18,880 nt of DNA from positions 1 through 18,880 of IMG/VR virus record IMGVR_UViG_2740892422_000003; one strand, given 5' to 3'. Numbering within the stretch: position 1 is the stretch's first letter; each line of letters opens with the position of its first letter. This stretch comes from a virus (lineage: Duplodnaviria; Heunggongvirae; Uroviricota; Caudoviricetes). A program made the position numbers and the translations under genes. Positions 1 to 7,931 of this stretch are shown here, piece after piece. The notes under the pieces are model-generated. The model was given only the letters and a program-made list of their open reading frames with translations, was not told the DNA's origin and did no database searches.

Positions 1-50
1 TTGGTGGAGCTGGCGGGAGTTGAACCCGCGTCCGAAATTCCTACATCCTC
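1..50 (-). repeat. Left att direct repeat: 50-nt copy of the 3' end of the tmRNA gene ssrA, antisense on the + strand (displaced partial copy)
   Basis: Bases 1-50 are identical to 18831-18880. The reverse complement reads GAGGATGTAGGAATTTCGGACGCGGGTTCAACTCCCGCCAGCTCCACCA, the T-arm and acceptor CCA end of the tRNA-like domain of tmRNA. Sequence from 51 onward is AT-rich island DNA, not ssrA body. Confidence 0.85.
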
Positions 51-129
51 TTACATAGTATGGGAAAACAAAGCATTACCATATAAATCAATGTGTTGAT
101 TGACACTGACTAACAGTGCTTAACAGTCG

Positions 130-1143
130 CTAACACTCTGCATGGACATTTTGTGGATCTTTTTTGCTGATTTTTAACTTAATGAACTGAGGAACGCTTG
201 CGTCAATTGTAGTGTGATATTGAAATAAGGGGGATTTTCTATCACGATTATTGATTGAATAACTTATTATATCCTTCATAAGTAGCACAAAGTCAGTGGT
301 GAAATTATATTCAAGTATCTCAACCATTTTTAAATGAAAGTGCCAGTATGATTGTAGATATTTTTTTATATCCAATTCATCCGAAAATTTTGTTTTTAAG
401 AATAAAATATATTCATCTTCACCGTGGGTTGAGCACTGATAGAGTTTTTCAATATCTAAACGCTTTAGTCCATAAAGGTTGTGCAATAATTCTAATAGTT
501 TTTCAATGCTATGTATATGGGTGTATAACTCTGTATAGTCATTAATTTCTTCTTTTTTAAATAGTTCAACTAGTTGGCACCAAATTAATTCTGCATTTTG
601 TATGTAGTCCTTGGAAGCATCAAAATTATTATTAGTAGTTGAAGCATAAGGATAGCATTTACGATATGTAGAATAACAATTTTCAAATTCTAATTTTGCG
701 TTCTTTTTTATCAAAGGAATGTCTAAAGATTCAAGATGTTGTAATGCTTCTATAGTGTTTTTTCTATGGGTATAGAAAAAATCCACTTTGTTTTTCTTTT
801 CTGCTTCTTTGATTTGTTTATCTGTTTGTATTGTTCGATGAATATTATTGACAACTACTCCCAGTGGAATCGATAAAGATAAAACAGCTAAAGGAAGTTT
901 ACTAATGTTTAGGAAATTATTAAATCCTTCCGTATCGATTTGAACATTGTGACCATTCCATGCAACAAATCCGAGCAGAAAAAAACTAATTATTGGAATT
1001 GCCAGTGCGGCTTTGAATAATGGTTGATGCGTAAGAGGTTCAGCATTCATCTTGAATGCATTTATCTTGAATAAATAACCCATGTAAACAACCACAAATA
1101 AAATGTTAAATAAAACGATGCATTGATTGATTGTAAGGTTCAT
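130..1143 (-). CDS. Hypothetical membrane-anchored protein (337 aa), low-GC cargo gene directly downstream of the integrase
   Basis: Long ORF with hydrophobic N-terminal segments (CIVLFNILFVVVYMGYLF, LFKAALAIPIISFFLLGFVAW, LPLAVLSLSIPLGVVV) followed by a roughly 250-aa soluble domain rich in K/E/Y/N. Same strand as int with a 6-nt gap. Much more AT-rich than the phage core. No family recognised. Confidence 0.7.
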   Translation of the reverse strand: MNLTINQCIVLFNILFVVVYMGYLFKINAFKMNAEPLTHQPLFKAALAIPIISFFLLGFVAWNGHNVQIDTEGFNNFLNISKLPLAVLSLSIPLGVVVNNIHRTIQTDKQIKEAEKKNKVDFFYTHRKNTIEALQHLESLDIPLIKKNAKLEFENCYSTYRKCYPYASTTNNNFDASKDYIQNAELIWCQLVELFKKEEINDYTELYTHIHSIEKLLELLHNLYGLKRLDIEKLYQCSTHGEDEYILFLKTKFSDELDIKKYLQSYWHFHLKMVEILEYNFTTDFVLLMKDIISYSINNRDRKSPLFQYHTTIDASVPQFIKLKISKKDPQNVHAEC

Positions 1144-1149
1144 TTTTCT

Positions 1150-2163
1150 CTAAATTATTAATGATAAAGGATTTTTTGTTATTACATCTTCAAGATGCGT
1201 TGGCGCAAAGTGAGCATAGATCATAGTCATTTTTATATCTGAATGGCCTAAAATCTCTTTAAGAACAAGTATGTTTCCGCCATTCATCATAAAGTGGCTG
1301 GCAAATGTATGTCGTAATACATGTGTACACTGGCCTTCAGGCAGTACAATCCCCGCTTTAGCTACAGTACGCTCGAAAGTTTTACGGCACGGGGCAAACA
1401 ATTGGCCTCGTTTTTTTGGTATCTCGTTATAAAGCTCTTTTGAGATAGGTATAGAACGTACCTTTCTACTTTTCGTATTTTTGTAAGTGATACGGTATGG
1501 CGTAACTTGAGAGCCTTCTAGATTTTCCGCTTCACTCCACCTTGCACCGGTAGCAAGGCAAATCTTAGTGATGATGAGAACGTGCGGGCTATTAGATTCG
1601 GATAAATATTGTAAAAGAGTTTTGATTTCTTCTGAATAAAGAAAAGAAACCATTTTTTCATCAACTTTAAAGGTTGGAATTCCTGCCAATGGATTTGGAA
1701 GCGACCAATGGCCTAGTTTTTTTAGTGTACCAAATACGGCAGATAGATAGCGTTGCTCATGATTTACTGTCCGTGGTTGTATCGGCATACAACGTCCATT
1801 TATATCCGGAATTTCACCCTTTAAGCGACCTTCTCTGTATTGGCTGAAATCCGCCGCTGTGATTTGTGCTGCAATCGGATTTCCCATACCAGCACAAATA
1901 CCTTTCAATTTCGACATCATGCGGTCGGCATCTGCTAATGTTCGACCATATAGATCATGCCACTGCTCAATCAGATCTGATAAGCGTCGATTATCTTGCT
2001 TCTCACCCAGCCAGGGTTTGCCTTCCATTTCGCTGGCGATATATTTTTCATATGCCAGTGCTTCACCTTTCGTGGCGAATTTTTTACGAATACGCTTACC
2101 TTTCACCCCATTAGGGCGAAGATCGCACAACCATTCACCGCTTTCGATTTTCCGAACTGCCAT
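1150..2163 (-). CDS. int: Tyrosine site-specific integrase (P2/186 Int-like)
   Basis: 337-aa ORF. The C-terminal region carries tyrosine-recombinase signatures (HVLRHTFASHF and LGHSDIKMTMIYAHF with the catalytic Tyr). It lies next to the att repeat and the CI gene abuts it, as in P2/186. Confidence 0.93.
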   Translation of the reverse strand: MAVRKIESGEWLCDLRPNGVKGKRIRKKFATKGEALAYEKYIASEMEGKPWLGEKQDNRRLSDLIEQWHDLYGRTLADADRMMSKLKGICAGMGNPIAAQITAADFSQYREGRLKGEIPDINGRCMPIQPRTVNHEQRYLSAVFGTLKKLGHWSLPNPLAGIPTFKVDEKMVSFLYSEEIKTLLQYLSESNSPHVLIITKICLATGARWSEAENLEGSQVTPYRITYKNTKSRKVRSIPISKELYNEIPKKRGQLFAPCRKTFERTVAKAGIVLPEGQCTHVLRHTFASHFMMNGGNILVLKEILGHSDIKMTMIYAHFAPTHLEDVITKNPLSLII

Positions 2164-2738
2164 TACTCACTCACTAAGTATGTGGCCACAACCTTCCCAA
2201 TCAATTGCACATCAGATACGTCGCAATCAACTGGATATTTTCCCCAGTCAATCCGCAATTTGTTACCAGGAAGTAACGTCAATTCTTTGATGCTTTTCGT
2301 ACCAGAATACTCAAGAAGGAACTTACCGTCCGTAACAGGGTAATCAGCGATATCTACGAAAAATCTCACTGAACTATCACTGATTATTTGAAGTTCACCT
2401 TTGTAGTTGGGGAGTATTGTCTTATCGAAAATTACGGATGCTTGGCGAACCATATCAGACCCTTCGATTTTATAGGCTGAGATTCGAGTGGTATCACTTG
2501 CCACCTGATCAAATCTAACGCCATCACCAGTGGTTAGCCAGTAGATAGAAGCTCCTGTTTCTAGAGCACAAAGTAGTACTAAATCAGCAGGAAAGTTGTC
2601 ACGCATGATACGTGTACTTAAAGCACTTGGAGACATTCCAAGATAATTTGCTAACTGCATTCTGGATGTAAAACCATAAGCCTCACACACCCTTTCGATT
2701 GCTTCGCGTGCACCTGTCTTGATGTTGTAAGTTGTCAT
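2163..2738 (-). CDS. cI: CI-type immunity repressor (phage 186 CI-like), about 191 aa from the internal ATG
   Basis: Sequence from the internal Met (MTTYNIKTGAREAIERVCEAYGFTSRMQLANYLGMSPSALSTRIMRDNFPADLVLLCALETGASIYWLTTGDG) has an N-terminal HTH-like region and the size of 186 CI. Its stop overlaps the int start by 1 nt. The track ORF extends to 2852, but that 38-codon extension overlaps the operator/promoter region, so the ATG at 2736-2738 is preferred. Confidence 0.8.
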   Translation of the reverse strand: MTTYNIKTGAREAIERVCEAYGFTSRMQLANYLGMSPSALSTRIMRDNFPADLVLLCALETGASIYWLTTGDGVRFDQVASDTTRISAYKIEGSDMVRQASVIFDKTILPNYKGELQIISDSSVRFFVDIADYPVTDGKFLLEYSGTKSIKELTLLPGNKLRIDWGKYPVDCDVSDVQLIGKVVATYLVSE

Positions 2739-2889
2739 GTTTGTAGTTCGCAACTGTTGACAAACGACAATTTTAAAAATAATCTCTGAATTGTTTCGAA
2801 TGTAGATATTGATAATTGTCGTTTGTAGATTATTAACAACTATTGTCACCAACGCTCATTAGTGACAAACGAATGAGGAATTTTGCCGT
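2739..2889. promoter_or_regulatory. Lysis-lysogeny switch region with repeated operator-like motifs and a rightward promoter
   Basis: Between divergent cI and the early operon. An 8-9 bp motif GTTTGTAG / GACAAACG occurs in both orientations at about 2739-2746, 2757-2767, 2817-2828 and 2864-2871. A TTGACA (2757-2762), 17-nt spacer, TAATCT (2780-2785) arrangement is a sigma70-like promoter pointing toward the early operon. Confidence 0.55.
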
Positions 2890-3078
2890 ATGCAAACTAA
2901 AGCTGCAACACATTCAGAAAGCAGGTGGGTACCTCTGAAAACGTTTTGCGACAGGGTTGAAATAAAACTGCGCACGGGACGTTACTGGGTACACACTGGC
3001 AAACTCAAAATCAAACCTAAAAGCAAACCGAAAGAACATGTGTTTGTAGATTGGCTTGCGTGGAACAGTGAAAAGTAA
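2890..3078 (+). CDS. Small basic DNA-binding protein, Cro/Apl/Cox-like (62 aa)
   Basis: First gene of the rightward early operon, divergent from cI. Small and basic (KLKIKPKSKPKEH). The call rests on synteny with 186 apl and P2 cox, not on recognised sequence similarity. Confidence 0.5.
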   Translation: MQTKAATHSESRWVPLKTFCDRVEIKLRTGRYWVHTGKLKIKPKSKPKEHVFVDWLAWNSEK

Positions 3079-3121
3079 TCATCACTTTTAGTGATTTTGA
3101 GATTGGGATGGAAGAAAAACA

Positions 3122-3625
3122 ATGTTTGATTACCAGACCTCTAAACATGCGCACTTTGATGCGGCTTGCCGAGCATTTGCAATTGAGCACAATCTTGAAG
3201 ATGTGGCCGCTGCCGTTGGTATGAGGCCGCAGATCCTGCGCAACAAACTGAACCCAGCACAACCGCACCGCCTGACCTGTGATGAGCTTTTGGCTATCAC
3301 GGATTACACCGAAGATGCGCGTTTGCTTGATGGAATGTTAGGTCAGATTAACTGCCTTCCATCCGTGCCGGTGAACAATGCCACAGAAGGCAACATGCAG
3401 TTGTGCGCACTGAGTGCCACAGCCTGTGTGGGCGCGATTGCTGGGGAAGCCGTATCAACTGGCCATATGACTGCCGCCCGCCGTACTCAAATTCTGGATC
3501 GTGCCCGCGATGCAATCCGTAGCTTATCCGTGCTGGCTTATACCGTTGAAAGCCGTATTCACTCTGCGCCTGTTCTGGCCGCTGCGGTGGATCTGGCCAC
3601 AACCAACGCCACCGGCCTGATGTGA
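3122..3625 (+). CDS. cII: CII-like phage regulatory protein (phage 186 CII family)
   Basis: 167 aa, beginning MFDYQTSKHAHFDAACRAFAIEHNLEDVAAAVGMRPQILRNKLNP, with a predicted HTH. Same position and size as 186 CII. Confidence 0.75.
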   Translation: MFDYQTSKHAHFDAACRAFAIEHNLEDVAAAVGMRPQILRNKLNPAQPHRLTCDELLAITDYTEDARLLDGMLGQINCLPSVPVNNATEGNMQLCALSATACVGAIAGEAVSTGHMTAARRTQILDRARDAIRSLSVLAYTVESRIHSAPVLAAAVDLATTNATGLM

Positions 3626-3634
3626 GGGAACACC

Positions 3635-3808
3635 ATGAAAGCGTTTGTCACTTACCTGAAAAAAGAATCACCAGACATGCAGTTGCCGAGTGGTTCAACG
3701 GGATGGATAGAACTTCCGAACGGTCAGCGCTGGAACCCTGGCCACATGTACAAATTCAATGGCCAGCAGCCGCGTCGCCCATGGTGGCGTCGTCTGATGG
3801 GGCTATAG
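3635..3808 (+). CDS. Small hypothetical early protein (57 aa), not in the ORF track
   Basis: ATG at 3635 is preceded by GAGGGAA about 7 nt upstream, immediately after the cII stop. Translation is MKAFVTYLKKESPDMQLPSGSTGWIELPNGQRWNPGHMYKFNGQQPRRPWWRRLMGL. The overlapping frame (track ORF 3622..) gives a W/P-rich sequence that looks like out-of-frame noise. Confidence 0.4.
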   Translation: MKAFVTYLKKESPDMQLPSGSTGWIELPNGQRWNPGHMYKFNGQQPRRPWWRRLMGL

Positions 3809-3816
3809 GGGGCGTT

Positions 3817-4245
3817 ATGGCGATTAGCCAGGAACAGCAAAAGCGCGGGTTGGAGCATTGTAAAAGAATGCGTCTTCAGATCAACCCAGCCTACAGCGAT
3901 GCGGGGGACTGGTGGGACAACTTGACACCAGAGTGGCGCGGCGTGGTGCTTCATGCTGCTGCTGTTACTTCAGGTGCCGGGGTATTTAAAGCCCACTTAA
4001 GCAAATGCTGCTGGCAGGAACTTTATGAACGTCTGGGATATCGGGACATGATTCAACTACGACGGGGTATTTCACGGGCGCGCTTAACGTTCGAAGGTTT
4101 CGGCAGTTTACGTGACAGCGATTTTTCAAAGCGCACCGCGAACCGCCCGATCAAAAAGGCACATCCAATTTATAGCAGTAGCGGGGTGCAGATGGTGATC
4201 GCGCCTCATATCGTCCATAAGTTCCAGCAACAGGGGAATCACTAA
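3817..4245 (+). CDS. Hypothetical early protein (142 aa)
   Basis: Internal ATG of the track ORF 3622..4245, preceded by a G-rich RBS-like run. Its stop overlaps the start of the next ORF (ATGA). The start is ambiguous; in-frame ATGs at 3703 and 3781 are alternatives. Confidence 0.5.
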   Translation: MAISQEQQKRGLEHCKRMRLQINPAYSDAGDWWDNLTPEWRGVVLHAAAVTSGAGVFKAHLSKCCWQELYERLGYRDMIQLRRGISRARLTFEGFGSLRDSDFSKRTANRPIKKAHPIYSSSGVQMVIAPHIVHKFQQQGNH

Positions 4246-4646
4246 TGACCATTATTTCCGTTGAGGGTAAATCGTTGGGGGCTGAACTGGCTGTGTGGGG
4301 TGTCCCGCATAATTACGCTGTAGCGTTTGCAGCGAAAAGCACCAGTAAGAATGGCCGCATCGCTTTGCATCCGTTCTTCTTCAATGACACCGAGCACATG
4401 ACGAATCCGCGTCACTGGCTGGCGATCAATGCCGCTTTCTGGTGTTGCGTGTATCGCGAAGCTGAAAGCAAAGAAGCCCAGATAGAAGCGCTGGCGGGGA
4501 TTCGTGCAATTTTCTATACAGCTGGGGCGCTGGGTGTTGGCGAGATAAAAGCGCTGATCCAGGAGTGGTGGCGGACAACCTATGAGCTTCACCTGATTCC
4601 GGCACCGAACTACTCAGCCGCTACAGTACAACCCACTTTTCACTAA
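4245..4646 (+). CDS. Hypothetical early protein (133 aa)
   Basis: ORF translationally coupled to the upstream gene. No family recognised. Confidence 0.6.
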   Translation: MTIISVEGKSLGAELAVWGVPHNYAVAFAAKSTSKNGRIALHPFFFNDTEHMTNPRHWLAINAAFWCCVYREAESKEAQIEALAGIRAIFYTAGALGVGEIKALIQEWWRTTYELHLIPAPNYSAATVQPTFH

Positions 4647-4713
4647 TTAACAGCCTGAATTTTTTGGCCACGGTTCAAGTGGCCGGGGATTCTTTTGCCT
4701 TAAGGAAACCAAA

Positions 4714-4947
4714 ATGCACATGACACGTCAGGATTTACCCGCAACAAAATCAGGCACCGACCTGCTGGCCATGCTCACCAAAGCCACGCAGGAAGGTAAA
4801 GCCGCAGCTGCTGATCTGTGTTCCACACGTCTGGATAAGCTGGCCACCCATGCAGCCAATGAAGGTTTAAGCGCAGCGGAAATCGTTGAGTTAATCCGCG
4901 AAGAAGCCGCAGCGATTTGCAGCAAAGGCGGTGCGGCATGGCAATAA
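4714..4947 (+). CDS. Hypothetical small protein (77 aa), Ala-rich
   Basis: ATG preceded by AAGGAAA. Its 3' end overlaps the dam start. Confidence 0.5.
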   Translation: MHMTRQDLPATKSGTDLLAMLTKATQEGKAAAADLCSTRLDKLATHAANEGLSAAEIVELIREEAAAICSKGGAAWQ

Positions 4948-5798
4948 AAACTCCGCTTAAATGGGTGGGCAGCAAAGCCCGCCTTATGCCTAAGCTGCGT
5001 CCGCACCTTCCTGAAGGTAAACGCCTGGTTGAACCGTTCGCAGGTTCCTGCGCCGTCATGATGAATACGGATTATGACGATTATCTGATCGCAGATGTGA
5101 ATCCTGATCTGGTTAATCTTTATAAGGCGATGGCGTATCACACTGATGTGCTGCTGAATGAGCTGGAGAGCCTGTTTACTGCCGGTTCGTTAGGTGATGA
5201 AGAAAGCCGTGCCGTTTTCTATTACGCCGTGCGTGATGCTTTCAATCTTTCTGGTGGTAAGGCCGGTTCTGAATCTGTTGAAAATGCTGCGCGTTTCCTG
5301 TACCTGAATCGCCACTGTTTCAATGGCCTGTGCCGGTATAACCGCCGAGGCCAGTTCAACGTCCCGTTCGGTAAGTACAAAAAGCCTTATTTCCCCGCTG
5401 ATGAAATCCGCGCTTTTGCTGAAAAAGCGAAACGCGCAACGTTCATTACTGCCCACTATTCAGAAACGCTCGATTTGGTTCGGGACGGGAATGACGTTGT
5501 TTACTGTGATCCACCTTATCTGACTGAAAGCGATAATTTCACCGCTTACTATGGGCTCGGTTTTTCGCACATGGATCAGGGGAGGCTGGCGCGTAAGTTG
5601 CGCCGTCTGGCCAGAAAAGGCGTGCCGGTTGTGGCCTCTAATGCCGATCTGGAAATGGTGCATTACCTGTACGCCGGATTTGAAGCCGTTCGCATTAATG
5701 CCCCGCGTAGTGTTGGTGCCGCAGCTGCAAGCCAGAAAGTTGCTGCAGAGTTAATTCTGAAGTCGCCGCTTGATTCTATAGCGATGGCCTGCGCATGA
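4938..5798 (+). CDS. dam: DNA adenine methyltransferase (Dam-like, GATC N6-adenine MTase family)
   Basis: Motif I LKWVGSK, HLPEGKRLVEPFAGSCAVMMNTDYDDYLIADVNPDLVNLY, FLYLNRHCFNGLCRYNRRGQFNVPFGKYKKPYFP and catalytic DPPY (VVYCDPPYL) align closely with E. coli Dam as I recall it. Start set at the internal ATG (MAIKTPLKW); the track start at 4917 is an alternative. Confidence 0.9.
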   Translation: MAIKTPLKWVGSKARLMPKLRPHLPEGKRLVEPFAGSCAVMMNTDYDDYLIADVNPDLVNLYKAMAYHTDVLLNELESLFTAGSLGDEESRAVFYYAVRDAFNLSGGKAGSESVENAARFLYLNRHCFNGLCRYNRRGQFNVPFGKYKKPYFPADEIRAFAEKAKRATFITAHYSETLDLVRDGNDVVYCDPPYLTESDNFTAYYGLGFSHMDQGRLARKLRRLARKGVPVVASNADLEMVHYLYAGFEAVRINAPRSVGAAAASQKVAAELILKSPLDSIAMACA

Positions 5799-7816
5799 CT
5801 CCTGTCGCAAATGGCCAACATCATGCCGTCGATACCTGGCGGCGTGAAACGTTCGCACCGGGTACGCCTACAGACGCCACGATCACCGAGCGCCGCCTGT
5901 GGGCGGTTAATCCGCAGGATTACGAATGGCGCTCACAGTACCTGCATGAGATACCCGACTGGTTAGCCGGGTATTTTGGCCGTCGTTACGAAAAGCTTTT
6001 TTCTGGCCGTGACGGGCGTCGCCGTGCCAATACATTCCTGCGCAAAACAATCGGTGAGAATGTATTGCCACGTCTGCGCAAAGTGGCTGCGCGTTACTCG
6101 CTGGCCGCTGATGCTGCTGATCTTCCTTTTGGTAAGTCGCTGGAGCGCTTGCCGTCACTAGACCGTCCTGATCTTAAAAAACTGGCTGGCCAGGTATCTG
6201 GTTGGATTTCCCAGTCACTTTATGACTTCACCGAACAGTTTGATTCCGGCACTGACGATGCCAGAGAGCTGCATCGCCGCACCCTGGAATCTTACCGCCA
6301 TCTTTGTGCCTGTTGCCTGATGCTGAATAACCAGCCGCCGTACTGGACTGAACATGAGGCCAATGAAGGTCAACTGGAAATGCGTAAGGCGGAATCCGGG
6401 ATACTGCGCATGATGGCGCCGGAATGGTGGTACCTGCGTCTTAAACGTGCGCGTGATACGAAGCGCGAGCACATGGCCATTGCGGTGGGACAGGTGCAAA
6501 AAGCGGCCAGCGCTTATGTATCCCGCAAAACACTGGGCGAATGGATAGACCAGAAAAAGCGGAATCTGGAGTTCTTTAAAAAGTTTGATCTGCTGAATGA
6601 TGAGGGGCTGCGCATTGCACTGGACAGCCTGGTGCACCGCAGCGTTGCAAATCCGGCGATCCGTCGATGTGAACTAATGGTAAGAATGCGAGGGTTTGAA
6701 GATATGGCCAATGAAGAAGGACTGGCCGGTGAGTTTTACACCATCACCGCGCCATCACGTTTCCACGCAGTGCACAGCAAAGGTGGCTTTGTATCGCAAT
6801 GGGATGGATGTACGCCGCAGGATACCCAGCGCTATTTATGCGGCATATGGGCAAAAGCACGCGCAGCGATCTCGCGTGCGGGTATTCATGTATTTGGGTT
6901 TCGGGTTGTTGAGCCTCACCATGACGGGACACCGCACTGGCATATGTTGCTTTTTATGCGTCCGCATGACGTGGACACGGTACGCGATATTCTTTGCTAT
7001 CACGCCAGAATTACCGATTCTGAAGAACTGCAATCTGAAAAGGCGCTGAAGGCGCGTTTTCATGTTGAAGCGATCGATCCCGCCAAAGGTTCGGCCACGG
7101 GCTACATCGCGAAATACATTTCAAAAAATATTGATGGTTTTGCGCTGGATGGTGAGCAGGACGAAGAAACCGGCGAAAACCTGCGTGATATGGCTAAGTC
7201 CGTTTCCGCGTGGGCTTCACGCTGGCGTATTCGCCAGTTTCAGCAGATTGGTGGTGCGCCGGTAACTGTCTGGCGTGAGCTGCGTCGGTTGCGGGATCAG
7301 GTGCTGACCGATCGCAGAATGGATGCGGTTCTGGCCGCTGCTGATGTCGGTGACTGGGCTGCATATACCCAGGCGCAGGGCGGTGCACTGGTTGCCCGCC
7401 GTGATCTGGTTGTTCGTCTGGCCTATGAAATTACGGAACAGGGCAACGAGTACGCAGAGGACGTACAGCGCGTACAGGGGGTTTATTCTCCTTTAGTTCC
7501 TGATTCAGAAGTTTGCACCCGTCTGGTTAAGTGGCAAAAGGTTGCGAAGTTGGCCGAAGCGCCAGCGGAGGCGGGGTTTTCTGGCGGCAACGCCGCCCCT
7601 TGGAGTTCTGTCAATAACTGTACGGAGGGGGGAGCCCGCAGACGGTTAAAACTGGAATTACGCAGTCGGGGTTTTGAGGGTTCCGATGAAGAAATAGCCA
7701 TTCTCCTGCGGGGTAGTGGTTTGAGATTCGGTCAAGGGGCGCTGATTTACCGTAATGGGCGGCTTAAAGAGACTCAAAACGAGCCATTACAGGAGCTGTG
7801 GCCGGGGTGGGTGTAG
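5795..7816 (+). CDS. Rolling-circle replication initiation protein (P2 gpA / 186 A-like)
   Basis: 673 aa. Contains an HUH-type motif (HHDGTPHWHMLLF) and a downstream tyrosine motif (GYIAKYISKN) typical of P2 A-family nickases. Sits after the early regulatory genes as in P2/186. Start overlaps the dam stop (ATGA). Confidence 0.88.
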   Translation: MTPVANGQHHAVDTWRRETFAPGTPTDATITERRLWAVNPQDYEWRSQYLHEIPDWLAGYFGRRYEKLFSGRDGRRRANTFLRKTIGENVLPRLRKVAARYSLAADAADLPFGKSLERLPSLDRPDLKKLAGQVSGWISQSLYDFTEQFDSGTDDARELHRRTLESYRHLCACCLMLNNQPPYWTEHEANEGQLEMRKAESGILRMMAPEWWYLRLKRARDTKREHMAIAVGQVQKAASAYVSRKTLGEWIDQKKRNLEFFKKFDLLNDEGLRIALDSLVHRSVANPAIRRCELMVRMRGFEDMANEEGLAGEFYTITAPSRFHAVHSKGGFVSQWDGCTPQDTQRYLCGIWAKARAAISRAGIHVFGFRVVEPHHDGTPHWHMLLFMRPHDVDTVRDILCYHARITDSEELQSEKALKARFHVEAIDPAKGSATGYIAKYISKNIDGFALDGEQDEETGENLRDMAKSVSAWASRWRIRQFQQIGGAPVTVWRELRRLRDQVLTDRRMDAVLAAADVGDWAAYTQAQGGALVARRDLVVRLAYEITEQGNEYAEDVQRVQGVYSPLVPDSEVCTRLVKWQKVAKLAEAPAEAGFSGGNAAPWSSVNNCTEGGARRRLKLELRSRGFEGSDEEIAILLRGSGLRFGQGALIYRNGRLKETQNEPLQELWPGWV

Positions 7817-7896
7817 TTGTGTAAGTATGTGAAAGGCATTCATTTGTCAGTAGATGGCAGGAAAAAGCACTTTCACATTTTGTGCTTAAATGTATA

Positions 7897-7912
7897 CTGT
7901 GTTTATATACAG
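7897..7912. promoter_or_regulatory. LexA (SOS) box, CTGT-N8-ACAG
   Basis: CTGTGTTTATATACAG is a perfect match to the CTGT-N8-ACAG LexA consensus with an AT-rich centre. It overlaps candidate -10 elements (TATACT about 7893-7898, TATATA about 7904-7909). Confidence 0.7.
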
Positions 7913-7931
7913 TTATTCTGTTTTTGGGAGG

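Noticed and set aside
348-545. 65-aa ORF on the + strand inside the 130..1143 gene
   Set aside because: Antisense shadow ORF within a longer, better-supported gene; AT-rich low-complexity translation; no RBS.
1859-2343. Three overlapping + strand ORFs (82-143 aa) antisense to the integrase gene
   Set aside because: Lie entirely within the integrase coding region, which has clear catalytic motifs; mutually overlapping; typical antisense artefacts.
2739-2852. N-terminal 38-codon extension of the cI ORF in the track (starting MVTIVVNNLQ)
   Set aside because: It overlaps the operator repeats and the rightward promoter, and 186 CI size matches the shorter start at the internal ATG (2736-2738).
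3622-3816. First 65 codons of the track ORF 3622..4245 (GTG start, W/P-rich)
   Set aside because: Composition looks like out-of-frame translation. The alternative frame holds a 57-aa ORF with a good RBS right after the cII stop, and the downstream protein more plausibly starts at the ATG at 3817.
4650-4700. Short hairpin GGCCAC-N7-GTGGCC followed by a weak T-run between the 133-aa and 77-aa early ORFs
   Set aside because: Stem only 6 bp and the T-run is interrupted; could be a weak attenuator but not strong enough to annotate as a terminator.
7561-7590. GGAGGCGGGG run resembling a cos core
   Set aside because: Lies inside the replication protein coding sequence and is only a short partial match.
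7850-7872. GGCAGGAAAAAGCAC, loosely resembling the right part of the P2 cohesive end (GGCGAGGCGGGGAAAGCAC as I recall it)
   Set aside because: Only about 11 of 19 positions match, and my recollection of the cos sequence is not verifiable here. Too weak to call a cos site; noted only because no other cos candidate was seen.
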